The notes below the pieces were generated by a model. That model ran no database searches. It saw only the letters and a program-made list of their open reading frames with translations, and had not been told where the DNA came from. This document shows positions 1 to 12,100 of a stretch of 37,102 nucleotides of DNA, piece after piece (the stretch's first letter is position 1; every line of letters starts with the position of its first letter). Both the position numbers and the translations under genes were made by a program. Source of the stretch: Malacoraja senta (taxonomy: Eukaryota); assembly GCA_038087875.1 (NCBI GenBank), contig JAXLNO010000515.1, positions 1 to 37,102 of the forward strand, read 5' to 3'.

Positions 1-459
1 ACCCTAACCCTAACCCTAACCCTAACCCCTAACCCTAACCTAACCCTAACCCTAACCCTAACCCTACCCTAACCCTAACCCTAACCCTAACCCTAACCCT
101 AACCCTAACCCTAACCCTAACCCTAACCCTAACCCTAACCCTAACCCTAACCCTAACCCTAACCCTAACCCTAACCCTAACCCTAACCCTAACCCTAACC
201 CTAACCCTAACCCTAACCCTAACCCTAACCCTAACCCCTAACCCTAACCCTAACCCTAACCCTAACCCTAACCCTAACCCTAACCCTAACCCTAACCCTA
301 ACCCTAACCCTAACCCTAACCCTAACCCTAACCCTAACCCTAACCCTAACCCTAACCCTAACCCTAACCCTAACCCTAACCCTAACCCTAACCCTAACCC
401 TAACCCTAACCCTAACCCTAACCCTAACCCTAACCCTAACCCTAACCCTAACCCTAACC

Positions 460-500
<41 letters not shown>

Positions 501-501
501 C
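1..501. repeat. Canonical vertebrate-type telomere array (CCCTAA)n / (TTAGGG)n at the chromosome terminus
   Basis: Continuous CCCTAA hexamers from position 1, with only occasional 1-nt indels; degenerate transition at 502-557. Confidence 0.98.
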
Positions 502-557
502 ACCCTAAACCCTAACGACCCTAACCCTAACCCTAACCCTAGACCCTAACCCTAACG

Positions 558-1325
558 ACCCTAAACCCTAACGACCCTAAACCCTAACGACCCTAAACCC
601 TAACGACCCTAAACCCTAACGACCCTAAACCCTAACGACCCTAAACCCTAACGACCCTAAACCCTAACGACCCTAAACCCTAACGACCCTAAACCCTAAC
701 GACCCTAAACCCTAACGACCCTAAACCCTAACGACCCTAAACCCTAACGACCCTAAACCCTAACGACCCTAAACCCTAACGACCCTAAACCCTAACGACC
801 CTAAACCCTAACGACCCTAAACCCTAACGACCCTAAACCCTAACGACCCTAAACCCTAACGACCCTAAACCCTAACGACCCTAAACCCTAACGACCCTAA
901 ACCCTAACGACCCTAAACCCTAACGACCCTAAACCCTAACGACCCTAAACCCTAACGACCCTAAACCCTAACGACCCTAAACCCTAACGACCCTAAACCC
1001 TAACGACCCTAAACCCTAACGACCCTAAACCCTAACGACCCTAAACCCTAACGACCCTAAACCCTAACGACCCTAAACCCTAACGACCCTAAACCCTAAC
1101 GACCCTAAACCCTAACGACCCTAAACCCTAACGACCCTAAACCCTAACGACCCTAAACCCTAACGACCCTAAACCCTAACGACCCTAAACCCTAACGACC
1201 CTAAACCCTAACGACCCTAAACCCTAACGACCCTAAACCCTAACGACCCTAAACCCTAACGACCCTAAACCCTAACGACCCTAAACCCTAACGACCCTAA
1301 ACCCTAACGACCCTAAACCCTAACG
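558..1325. repeat. Telomere-variant repeat block A, 48 x ACCCTAAACCCTAACG (16 bp)
   Basis: Perfect 16-bp period from 558; 768 bp = 48 units. Confidence 0.97.
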
Positions 1326-1964
1326 ACTCTAAACCCTAACGACTCTAAACCCTAACGACTCTAAACCCTAACGACTCTAAACCCTAACGACTCTAAACCC
1401 TAACGACTCTAAACCCTAACGACTCTAAACCCTAACGACTCTAAACCCTAACGACTCTAAACCCTAACGACTCTAAACCCTAACGACTCTAAACCCTAAC
1501 GACTCTAAACCCTAACGACTCTAAACCCTAACGACTCTAAACCCTAACGACTCTAAACCCTAACGACTCTAAACCCTAACGACTCTAAACCCTAACGACT
1601 CTAAACCCTAACGACTCTAAACCCTAACGACTCTAAACCCTAACGACTCTAAACCCTAACGACTCTAAACCCTAACGACTCTAAACCCTAACGACTCTAA
1701 ACCCTAACGACTCTAAACCCTAACGACTCTAAACCCTAACGACTCTAAACCCTAACGACTCTAAACCCTAACGACTCTAAACCCTAACGACTCTAAACCC
1801 TAACGACTCTAAACCCTAACGACTCTAAACCCTAACGACTCTAAACCCTAACGACTCTAAACCCTAACGACTCTAAACCCTAACGACTCTAAACCCTAAC
1901 GACTCTAAACCCTAACGACTCTAAACCCTAACGACTCTAAACCCTAACGACTCTAAACCCTAAC
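1326..1964. repeat. Telomere-variant repeat block B, 40 x ACTCTAAACCCTAACG (16 bp)
   Basis: Same register as block A with a fixed C>T change first seen at 1328; the last unit ends at 1964. Confidence 0.97.
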
Positions 1965-2038
1965 ACAATTCAGCGATACAACATTTCGGCGAAACAACAT
2001 TTCTGCAACACAACATTTCGGCGATACAACAATCACTG
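1965..2038. repeat. Short degenerate 16-bp repeat (ACAACATTTCGGCGAW), possibly the subterminal repeats of a DNA transposon end
   Basis: Units at 1978-1993, 1994-2009 and 2010-2025, plus partial units on both sides. Confidence 0.7.
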
Positions 2039-2039
2039 A

Positions 2040-4400
2040 TAGTTTGAATCCTCCCAACATTCGGTTTCACACCTTTAACCACAAACATATACATGGATCA
2101 CCAAGTTGACAGCCCATCTATCAGGCAATGAAGCAGATTGGGCACATTTTGGATGGGCACCACAGTTTCTTGGTGCCTCCACCATAATTAGAAACACGCC
2201 GCAGGATAATGAACAGAGAGCACCGGGTTACAAAATTATACATTCTCTAAAATGAACACCCTGACACGTGGACAGTGCCTGGGGAAATATCGGCATGAAG
2301 GCCCACTGCATGTGACCACTGCAGTGAATCCTGCAAGTTATCAGAATACATTGACTTATCTGGGATTATAAGAATCATAGGATAAGCAAAAAACATCTGT
2401 GCAAATCAAAAATAAATGGAGGTTTAGTTCTACCAAACATTGTTTTACTTTTGGGCAGTTAACATTAAAAATATGAATTTTTGGTTGGAAGAAATAGATC
2501 AACAACCAGATTGGTTAAAAATGGAAAAGGAAGATTGTTTACCTTTTGAAATCGGCTCGATACTATTTTCTACTAAATTAAACAAAAAATGTATAGGAAA
2601 AATCCTATAATATATAGTGCTATGCGAATTTGGAAACAATTAAAAAAAGACATTAAAATTAGATAACTTATCACTTTTTCTTCCAATTGTGAATAACCCT
2701 TTATTTAAACTCTCATGGTTGGATAAAGGTTTCATACAATGGAAAAATTATGGAATTAAAATGATGGGACAACTTTACAAGAAAGGCACTTTTCTTTCAT
2801 TTCAGGAGCTGCAACAGACTTATGGACTTCAAGTAAATGATTTGTTCAGATATCTTCAACTTAGAGATTATGTTAAAGCAAGTACTCAAATCTTTAGAAT
2901 TAGAAATCCAGAAATTCTTGACGACTGTTGGAATAAACATCCTAATACAGAAAAACTAATGTCTTACATATATAATATTTTATTAGATAGCAAGATTCCA
3001 TCGACGGATTTATACAGACAAACATGGGAATAAAAACTAAATCAAATAATAACAAAAGATACTTGGGAAGAAAGTTTACAACACATACATCAATGTTCAT
3101 TAAATGCTAGACATTCTTTAATACAATTCAAAGTACTACATAGGTTACATTATTCTAAAACAAAATTAAATAAAATCTTCCCACATATTTCCCCTATATG
3201 TGATAAATGTCAACAATTAGATGCTAACTTAACTCATACGTTTGCGAATTGTATAAAAATTAAAAAATTCTGGGCAAATATTTTTAGTATAATATCTATA
3301 GTTACCAGCACTCAATTGGACCCGGATCCAAAATTAATAATACTAGGAATATTAGAACCAAATCAAACATTTACAACAACTCAAAGAAACTTTATTGATT
3401 ATAGTATAATAACTGGGAAAAATTTAATTCTAAAATTTTGGAAAGGTCCTATAACCCCCACAATTAAAATGTGGATTATAGAAATGACGGAGACCTTACA
3501 CTTAGAATGAATTAGACTTGTCCTGTTGGACAAACAAGAATTATTTGTTGGAACATGGTCTCCATTTATTGATTATCTAAAGGGTCAGAATGGTTCAGCA
3601 CGGGAACCTGACTAGCACTCGAGCCAAGGATTAGATGAAATGTTATATACTGCAATGTACGAATATATCTCGAATAAAGTATTTTTAGTAAGTTATTCCA
3701 TTCTTCTTTATTATCTTTTTCCTTTTTTTTTTCTTTTCTTCTCTCTCTTTTTTCTTTCTATCACCTACTTTTTTATTTCTACTTACTTAAAAAAAAAGAA
3801 AAAATCATTGGAGACAATACGAATAATGTTTGACAATATTATTAATTTAGAAATGAAAAACTTGTAACGATTTTAACATATGTATATACCTCCAATTAAA
3901 AAAATTTTTAAAAAAAAGAATACATTGACTTAATAAACGGGCTCAGCAACATCCCAGCTAAACCAAACACTGTTCTGTGACTGCCACCTGCTGCTGTATA
4001 CCATGGGCATCAATGCCTGTACACCAACAGGAAGGCGTTCAGAATATCAAGTGAAAACACACCCATGAGTTGCACATCGATTTAAATGAAAACATCCTTT
4101 GAATTAAATCAGCGACAAGCCAAAGTAACAGTGATGGGTAAGAAGTTTGCCCCAGCACATGCCAACATTGGCAGATTGGGAGGAGACTGACTAACCCTAG
4201 CAGATATTTCTACCAGCATAGAGCCCAGGCTTTTGAGACTCTGGTTGGAAACTAACAGGAACTATCAGAGATTTAAACCAACTCCAAAAACTACAGTACT
4301 TGGAAGGGCAGCATTAATAAAAGTGAGCCTTAGCCACAATATTAAACTCTACTTTCCCTGTAACAGGAGCCAACTACAACCAGGGAACATGGCTCTGTCC
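2040..4400 (+). mobile_element. Decayed Penelope-like element RT (copy A), interrupted by the L1 at 2359-3916
   Basis: Manual translation: TWTVPGEI (2266-2289) and RPTACDHCSESCKLSEYID (2299-2355), resembling PLE RPIVSDCxSE..AEYID. After the L1 come AQQHPS, LYTMGINA/LYTN (motif A), and MGKKFAPAHANI (4134-4169) followed by ADWEET (PLE motif B). Many frameshifts and stops. Confidence 0.85.
2359..3916 (+). mobile_element. 5'-truncated L1-clade LINE: ORF2 C-terminus, T-rich 3' UTR and poly(A) tail
   Basis: Peptides WDYKNHRISKKHLCKSKINGGLVLPN, FRYLQLRDYV and IQFKVLHRLHY, and a CX2CX8HX4C knuckle (CDKC..H..C, 3199-3252). In-frame stops at 3031-3033 and 3508-3510. A-tail at 3898-3917. 16-bp TSD AGAATACATTGACTTA at 2343-2358 and 3917-3932. 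Confidence 0.95.
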
Positions 4401-4403
4401 AAA

Positions 4404-5134
4404 GACAAAGTGCTGGAGGCATTCAGCAGTTCAGGCACAATCTGCCTGACTGCAAGTGGAATGGACAGATGACACCACAGGTCAGCAACCTTCCTCAGAC
4501 TGATGAAAGAGAGTGAAAAGAGGCAGAGGCACGCAGGACAAAGCCAGCAAGTAAATAGGTGGCACACGTGAGGAGCATATGGATGGAGTGAGTGCCAAAG
4601 GCTCAAGGTGAAAGGGACAAAATGCCAAATAAGGAGAGAACGGAAATATGAAACTAGGAGAGATGGGTGGAAGGGATAGAGGGAATATGGGACTGTTTGA
4701 GAGATGAGCGTACATGAAAGGAGTTATTATTAGTTATTATTAGTTATTATTAGTTATTATTAGTTATTATTAGTTATTATTAGTTATTATTAGTTATTAT
4801 TAGTTATTGAAGGGAAGTATGCTCGTCTCTCAACTCCTTGTCCATATTTCCCTTTTACCTTCCAACCCCACCTCACTCAGGTTTTACATTTCACAGTTCT
4901 TGTCCTTATCCAACATGGTTTATCACTTTCACCTTCAGCCTTTGGCACTTACTCCATCCATTTGCCCATCACCCACTCACCTGTAATCCACCCATCACCT
5001 GTCAGGCAGTGCCCAACCCCCACCTCATTTCCAGCTCTCCCCCGTATTTCAGACAGAGAGCTCCCGACCCGATTAGTCATCTGTCCATTTCTTCAGAGGT
5101 TGTCAACCCCGCCAAGTTCCTCCAGCACTGTATA
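4404..5134. mobile_element. Fold-back (inverted pair) of Penelope pseudo-LTR-like sequence, present in every array unit
   Basis: Reverse-complement matches: 4409-4419 with 5119-5129 (11/11), 4460-4473 with 5076-5089 (14/14), a ~40-bp block near 4574-4613 with 4926-4965, and 4699-4713 with 4817-4831. The arms resemble the sequence following the GIY-YIG domain at 33300-33530. Confidence 0.75.
4722..4808. repeat. (AGTTATTATT)n decamer microsatellite at the centre of the fold-back in each unit
   Basis: 8 full decamers in unit 1, 7 in unit 2 and 5 in units 3-6; compound or degenerate in units 7-8. It accounts for the 10-bp and 20-bp steps in unit length. Confidence 0.95.
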
Positions 5135-5459
5135 TTTACTCACGATTCAAGCATGGGGTGGCTCGTGTTGCAAAAAAAGTATGCTTTGCAACACGAGGAA
5201 TTTCATTTACCATACACTCATACCAATAAAAAGCAACAGAACAAAGTACAAACTCTTCCCTTTTTGGCCTCCCTTTGACGGGACGATCTCGACTCCCGTA
5301 GCTGGCGGTCGGGCTGTCCGTGTCGGGGATCCTGCTTCGGGGGGTTGAATCCCAGCTCACTCGGGGTTAGCCGAACCTTTTGCGTTCTTTGGAGCTTCCC
5401 GACATCGGTCTCCACCAGAGACTGCGAGCTCCTCGATGTTGAAGAAACAAATTTGGGAA

Positions 5460-6117
5460 AGCCATCAATAATTGAACACATTTATCCCATTAAACTGAAG
5501 AGGGTTAGAAATAGGTACCTTATCTTCCTATGACATCCATAAAGACCAAATCCAGGAAGACATGATGCTGAAAAACCAAATTAACATAACATTTTCAGGT
5601 TTGAAATGTTCCAACGTCCTTCTCTACAATTAGTCAAAGTGCGGGAGTAACTCAGTGGGTCGGACAGTCCTGGGTGAGAAGATTCTAGTCCACAACGTAA
5701 AAACACTTGGACGTGTGGACAATGCCTGGAGATGTATCTCCAACCAGGACCATTGTGTCTCTGCAGTCAGGACTCCCACAAGTTGGACCGATATTAAGGT
5801 AGTCGAATATATTTAGACTACCTTAAGAGTTTAAGGTCTGAAGAGTCCCAACCCAGAATTACCAATCCATGTTCTCCATCGATGTTGCTGCACCCATCGA
5901 GTTGCTCCAGCACTGACACAATTTACAAGCACAGCAACACCCCAGTTACATCAAATACCCATTATATTTCACAAGTGTTCTCCCAACCTTGTTGCCCGAT
6001 GCCTTACTCTTCAAGTGGACATTTAAACGTTGGATATAAACAAACACTCGGTGGTGTCCAGATGGTTAAAAACATATTTGGGAAAACTCAACCCCCCCAG
6101 AGCTTCAGTCAAAAAAA
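5460..6117 (+). pseudogene. Decayed Penelope-like RT N-terminal half inside the array unit (repeated in all units)
   Basis: NRYLIFL (aligns with LNKGLIFIP of copy C), WTMPGDVSPTRTIVS (5716-5760), AQQHPSYIK (5929-5955), PDALLF..DI*TLDIN (motif A-like) and GVQMVKNIFGK. Collinear with copies A and C and interrupted by pLTR fragments. Confidence 0.8.
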
Positions 6118-9100
6118 ATTAAACTCTACTTTCCCTGTAACAGGAGCCAACTACAACCAGGGAACATGGCTCTGTCCAAAGACAAAGTGCTGGAGGCATT
6201 CAGCAGTTCAGGCACAATCTGCCTGACTGCAAGTGGAATGGACAGATGACACCACAGGTCAGCAACCTTCCTCAGACTGATGAAAGAGAGTGAAAAGAGG
6301 CAGAGGCACGCAGGACAAAGCCAGCAAGTAAATAGGTGGCACACGTGAGGAGCATATGGATGGAGTGAGTGCCAAAGGCTCAAGGTGAAAGGGACAAAAT
6401 GCCAAATAAGGAGAGAACGGAAATATGAAACTAGGAGAGATGGGTGGAAGGGATAGAGGGAATATGGGACTGTTTGAGAGATGAGCGTACATGAAAGGAG
6501 TTATTATTAGTTATTATTAGTTATTATTAGTTATTATTAGTTATTATTAGTTATTATTAGTTATTATTAGTTATTGAAGGGAAGTATGCTCGTCTCTCAA
6601 CTCCTTGTCCATATTTCCCTTTTACCTTCCAACCCCACCTCACTCAGGTTTTACATTTCACAGTTCTTGTCCTTATCCAACATGGTTTATCACTTTCACC
6701 TTCAGCCTTTGGCACTTACTCCATCCATTTGCCCATCACCCACTCACCTGTAATCCACCCATCACCTGTCAGGCAGTGCCCAACCCCCACCTCATTTCCA
6801 GCTCTCCCCCGTATTTCAGACAGAGAGCTCCCGACCCGATTAGTCATCTGTCCATTTCTTCAGAGGTTGTCAACCCCGCCAAGTTCCTCCAGCACTGTAT
6901 ATTTACTCACGATTCAAGCATGGGGTGGCTCGTGTTGCAAAAAAAGTATGCTTTGCAACACGAGGAATTTCATTTACCATACACTCATACCAATAAAAAG
7001 CAACAGAACAAAGTACAAACTCTTCCCTTTTTGGCCTCCCTTTGACGGGACGATCTCGACTCCCGTAGCTGGCGGTCGGGCTGTCCGTGTCGGGGATCCT
7101 GCTTCGGGGGGTTGAATCCCAGCTCACTCGGGGTTAGCCGAACCTTTTGCGTTCTTTGGAGCTTCCCGACATCGGTCTCCACCAGAGACTGCGAGCTCCT
7201 CGATGTTGAAGAAACAAATTTGGGAAAGCCATCAATAATTGAACACATTTATCCCATTAAACTGAAGAGGGTTAGAAATAGGTACCTTATCTTCCTATGA
7301 CATCCATAAAGACCAAATCCAGGAAGACATGATGCTGAAAAACCAAATTAACATAACATTTTCAGGTTTGAAATGTTCCAACGTCCTTCTCTACAATTAG
7401 TCAAAGTGCGGGAGTAACTCAGTGGGTCGGACAGTCCTGGGTGAGAAGATTCTAGTCCACAACGTAAAAACACTTGGACGTGTGGACAATGCCTGGAGAT
7501 GTATCTCCAACCAGGACCATTGTGTCTCTGCAGTCAGGACTCCCACAAGTTGGACCGATATTAAGGTAGTCGAATATATTTAGACTACCTTAAGAGTTTA
7601 AGGTCTGAAGAGTCCCAACCCAGAATTACCAATCCATGTTCTCCATCGATGTTGCTGCACCCATCGAGTTGCTCCAGCACTGACACAATTTACAAGCACA
7701 GCAACACCCCAGTTACATCAAATACCCATTATATTTCACAAGTGTTCTCCCAACCTTGTTGCCCGATGCCTTACTCTTCAAGTGGACATTTAAACGTTGG
7801 ATATAAACAAACACTCGGTGGTGTCCAGATGGTTAAAAACATATTTGGGAAAACTCAACCCCCCCAGAGCTTCAGTCAAAAAAAATTAAACTCTACTTTC
7901 CCTGTAACAGGAGCCAACTACAACCAGGGAACATGGCTCTGTCCAAAGACAAAGTGCTGGAGGCATTCAGCAGTTCAGGCACAATCTGCCTGACTGCAAG
8001 TGGAATGGGCAGATGACACCACAGGTCAGCAACCTTCCTCAGACTGATGAAAGAGAGTGAAAAGAGGCAGAGGCACGCAGGACAAAGCCAGCAAGTAAAT
8101 AGGTGGCACACGTGAGGAGCATATGGATGGAGTGAGTGCCAAAGGCTCAAGGTGAAAGGGACAAAATGCCAAATAAGGAGAGAACGGAAATATGAAACTA
8201 GGAGAGATGGGTGGAAGGGATAGAGGGAATATGGGACTGTTTGAGAGATGAGCGTACATGAAAGGAGTTATTATTAGTTATTATTAGTTATTATTAGTTA
8301 TTATTAGTTATTATTAGTTATTGAAGGGAAGTATGCTCGTCTCTCAACTCCTTGTCCATATTTCCCTTTTACCTTCCAACCCCACCTCACTCAGGTTTTA
8401 CATTTCACAGTTCTTGTCCTTATCCAACATGGTTTATCACTTTCACCTTCAGCCTTTGGCACTTACTCCATCCATTTGCCCATCACCCACTCACCTGTAA
8501 TCCACCCATCACCTGTCAGGCAGTGCCCAACCCCCACCTCATTTCCAGCTCTCCCCCGTATTTCAGACAGAGAGCTCCCGACCCGATTAGTCATCTGTCC
8601 ATTTCTTCAGAGGTTGTCAACCCCGCCAAGTTCCTCCAGCACTGTATATTTACTCACGATTCAAGCATGGGGTGGCTCGTGTTGCAAAAAAAGTATGCTT
8701 TGCAACACGAGGAATTTCATTTACCATACACTCATACCAATAAAAAGCAACAGAACAAAGTACAAACTCTTCCCTTTTTGGCCTCCCTTTGACGGGACGA
8801 TCTCGACTCCCGTAGCTGGCGGTCGGGCTGTCCGTGTCGGGGATCCTGCTTCGGGGGGTTGAATCCCAGCTCACTCGGGGTTAGCCGAACCTTTTGCGTT
8901 CTTTGGAGCTTCCCGACATCGGTCTCCACCAGAGACTGCGAGCTCCTCGATGTTGAAGAAACAAATTTGGGAAAGCCATCAATAATTGAACACATTTATC
9001 CCATTAAACTGAAGAGGGTTAGAAATAGGTACCTTATCTTCCTATGACATCCATAAAGACCAAATCCAGGAAGACATGATGCTGAAAAACCAAATTAACA

Positions 9101-12100
9101 TAACATTTTCAGGTTTGAAATGTTCCAACGTCCTTCTCTACAATTAGTCAAAGTGCGGGAGTAACTCAGTGGGTCGGACAGTCCTGGGTGAGAAGATTCT
9201 AGTCCACAACGTAAAAACACTTGGACGTGTGGACAATGCCTGGAGATGTATCTCCAACCAGGACCATTGTGTCTCTGCAGTCAGGACTCCCACAAGTTGG
9301 ACCGATATTAAGGTAGTCGAATATATTTAGACTACCTTAAGAGTTTAAGGTCTGAAGAGTCCCAACCCAGAATTACCAATCCATGTTCTCCATCGATGTT
9401 GCTGCACCCATCGAGTTGCTCCAGCACTGACACAATTTACAAGCACAGCAACATCCCAGTTACATCAAATACCCATTATATTTCACAAGTGTTCTCCCAA
9501 CCTTGTTGCCCGATGCCTTACTCTTCAAGTGGACATTTAAACGTTGGATATAAACAAACACTCGGTGGTGTCCAGATGGTTAAAAACATATTTGGGAAAA
9601 CTCAACCCCCCCCAGAGCTTCAGTCAAAAAAAATTAAACTCTACTTTCCCTGTAACAGGAGCCAACTACAACCAGGGAACATGGCTCTGTCCAAAGACAA
9701 AGTGCTGGAGGCATTCAGCAGTTCAGGCACAATCTGCCTGACTGCAAGTGGAATGGACAGATGACACCACAGGTCAGCAACCTTCCTCAGACTGATGAAA
9801 GAGAGTGAAAAGAGGCAGAGGCACGCAGGACAAAGCCAGCAAGTAAATAGGTGGCACACGTGAGGAGCATATGGATGGAGTGAGTGCCAAAGGCTCAAGG
9901 TGAAAGGGACAAAATTCCAAATAAGGAGAGAACGGAAATATGAAACTAGGAGAGATGGGTGGAAGGGATAGAGGGAATATGGGACTGTTTGAGAGATGAG
10001 CGTACATGAAAGGAGTTATTATTAGTTATTATTAGTTATTATTAGTTATTATTAGTTATTATTAGTTATTGAAGGGAAGTATGCTCGTCTCTCAACTCCT
10101 TGTCCATATTTCCCTTTTACCTTCCAACCCCACCTCACTCAGGTTTTACATTTCACAGTTCTTGTCCTTATCCAACATGGTTTATCACTTTCACCTTCAG
10201 CCTTTGGCACTTACTCCATCCATTTGCCCATCACCCACTCACCTGTAATCCACCCATCACCTGTCAGGCAGTGCCCACCCCCCACCTCATTTCCAGCTCT
10301 CCCCCGTATTTCAGACAGAGAGCTCCCGACCCGATTAGTCATCTGTCCATTTCTTCAGAGGTTGTCAACCCCGCCAAGTTCCTCCAGCACTGTATATTTA
10401 CTCACGATTCAAGCATGGGGTGGCTCGTGTTGCAAAAAAAGTATGCTTTGCAACACGAGGAATTTCATTTACCATACACTCATACCAATAAAAAGCAACA
10501 GAACAAAGTACAAACTCTTCCCTTTTTGGCCTCCCTTTGACGGGACGATCTCGACTCCCGTAGCTGGCGGTCGGGCTGTCCGTGTCGGGGATCCTGCTTC
10601 GGGGGGTTGAATCCCAGCTCACTCGGGGTTAGCCGAACCTTTTGCGTTCTTTGGAGCTTCCCGACATCGGTCTCCACCAGAGACTGCGAGCTCCTCGATG
10701 TTGAAGAAACAAATTTGGGAAAGCCATCAATAATTGAACACATTTATCCCATTAAACTGAAGAGGGTTAGAAATAGGTACCTTATCTTCCTATGACATCC
10801 ATAAAGACCAAATCCAGGAAGACATGATGCTGAAAAACCAAATTAACATAACATTTTCAGGTTTGAAATGTTCCAACGTCCTTCTCTACAATTAGTCAAA
10901 GTGCGGGAGTAACTCAGTGGGTCGGACAGTCCTGGGTGAGAAGATTCTAGTCCACAACGTAAAAACACTTGGACGTGTGGACAATGCCTGGAGATGTATC
11001 TCCAACCAGGACCATTGTGTCTCTGCAGTCAGGACTCCCACAAGTTGGACCGATATTAAGGTAGTCGAATATATTTAGACTACCTTAAGAGTTTAAGGTC
11101 TGAAGAGTCCCAACCCAGAATTACCAATCCATGTTCTCCATCGATGTTGCTGCACCCATCGAGTTGCTCCAGCACTGACACAATTTACAAGCACAGCAAC
11201 ACCCCAGTTACATCAAATACCCATTATATTTCACAAGTGTTCTCCCAACCTTGTTGCCCGATGCCTTACTCTTCAAGTGGACATTTAAACGTTGGATATA
11301 AACAAACACTCGGTGGTGTCCAGATGGTTAAAAACATATTTGGGAAAACTCAACCCCCCCAGAGCTTCAGTCAAAAAAAATTAAACTCTACTTTCCCTGT
11401 AACAGGAGCCAACTACAACCAGGGAACATGGCTCTGTCCAAAGACAAAGTGCTGGAGGCATTCAGCAGTTCAGGCACAATCTGCCTGACTGCAAGTGGAA
11501 TGGACAGATGACACCACAGGTCAGCAACCTTCCTCAGACTGATGAAAGAGAGTGAAAAGAGGCAGAGGCACGCAGGACAAAGCCAGCAAGTAAATAGGTG
11601 GCACACGTGAGGAGCATATGGATGGAGTGAGTGCCAAAGGCTCAAGGTGAAAGGGACAAAATGCCAAATAAGGAGAGAACGGAAATATGAAACTAGGAGA
11701 GATGGGTGGAAGGGATAGAGGGAATATGGGACTGTTTGAGAGATGAGCGTACATGAAAGGAGTTATTATTAGTTATTATTAGTTATTATTAGTTATTATT
11801 AGTTATTTTTAGTTATTGAAGGGAAGTATGCTCGTCTCTCAACTCCTTGTCCATATTTCCCTTTTACCTTCCAACCCCACCTCACTCAGGTTTTACATTT
11901 CACAGTTCTTGTCCTTATCCAACATGGTTTATCACTTTCACCTTCAGCCTTTGGCACTTACTCCATCCATTTGCCCATCACCCACTCACCTGTAATCCAC
12001 CCATCACCTGTCAGGCAGTGCCCACCCCCCACCTCATTTCCAGCTCTCCCCCGTATTTCAGACAGAGAGCTCCCGACCCGATTAGTCATCTGTCCATTTC

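Noticed and set aside
231..503. 90-aa RV-repeat ORF
   Set aside because: It is simply the translation of (TTAGGG)n, with no gene context.
558..1964. Plant-type TTTAGGG telomere or contamination
   Set aside because: The heptamer occurs only inside a 16-mer, the terminal array is pure TTAGGG, and the flanks are vertebrate repeats.
3640..3867. 75-aa Phe-rich ORF
   Set aside because: It is low-complexity translation of the L1 3' UTR.
5519..5567. Apparent 49-nt minus-strand exon (TTTTTCAG acceptor, GTACCT donor) in each unit
   Set aside because: No neighbouring exons were found, and the region is better explained as the + strand PLE N-terminal motif (aligns with LNKGLIFIP).
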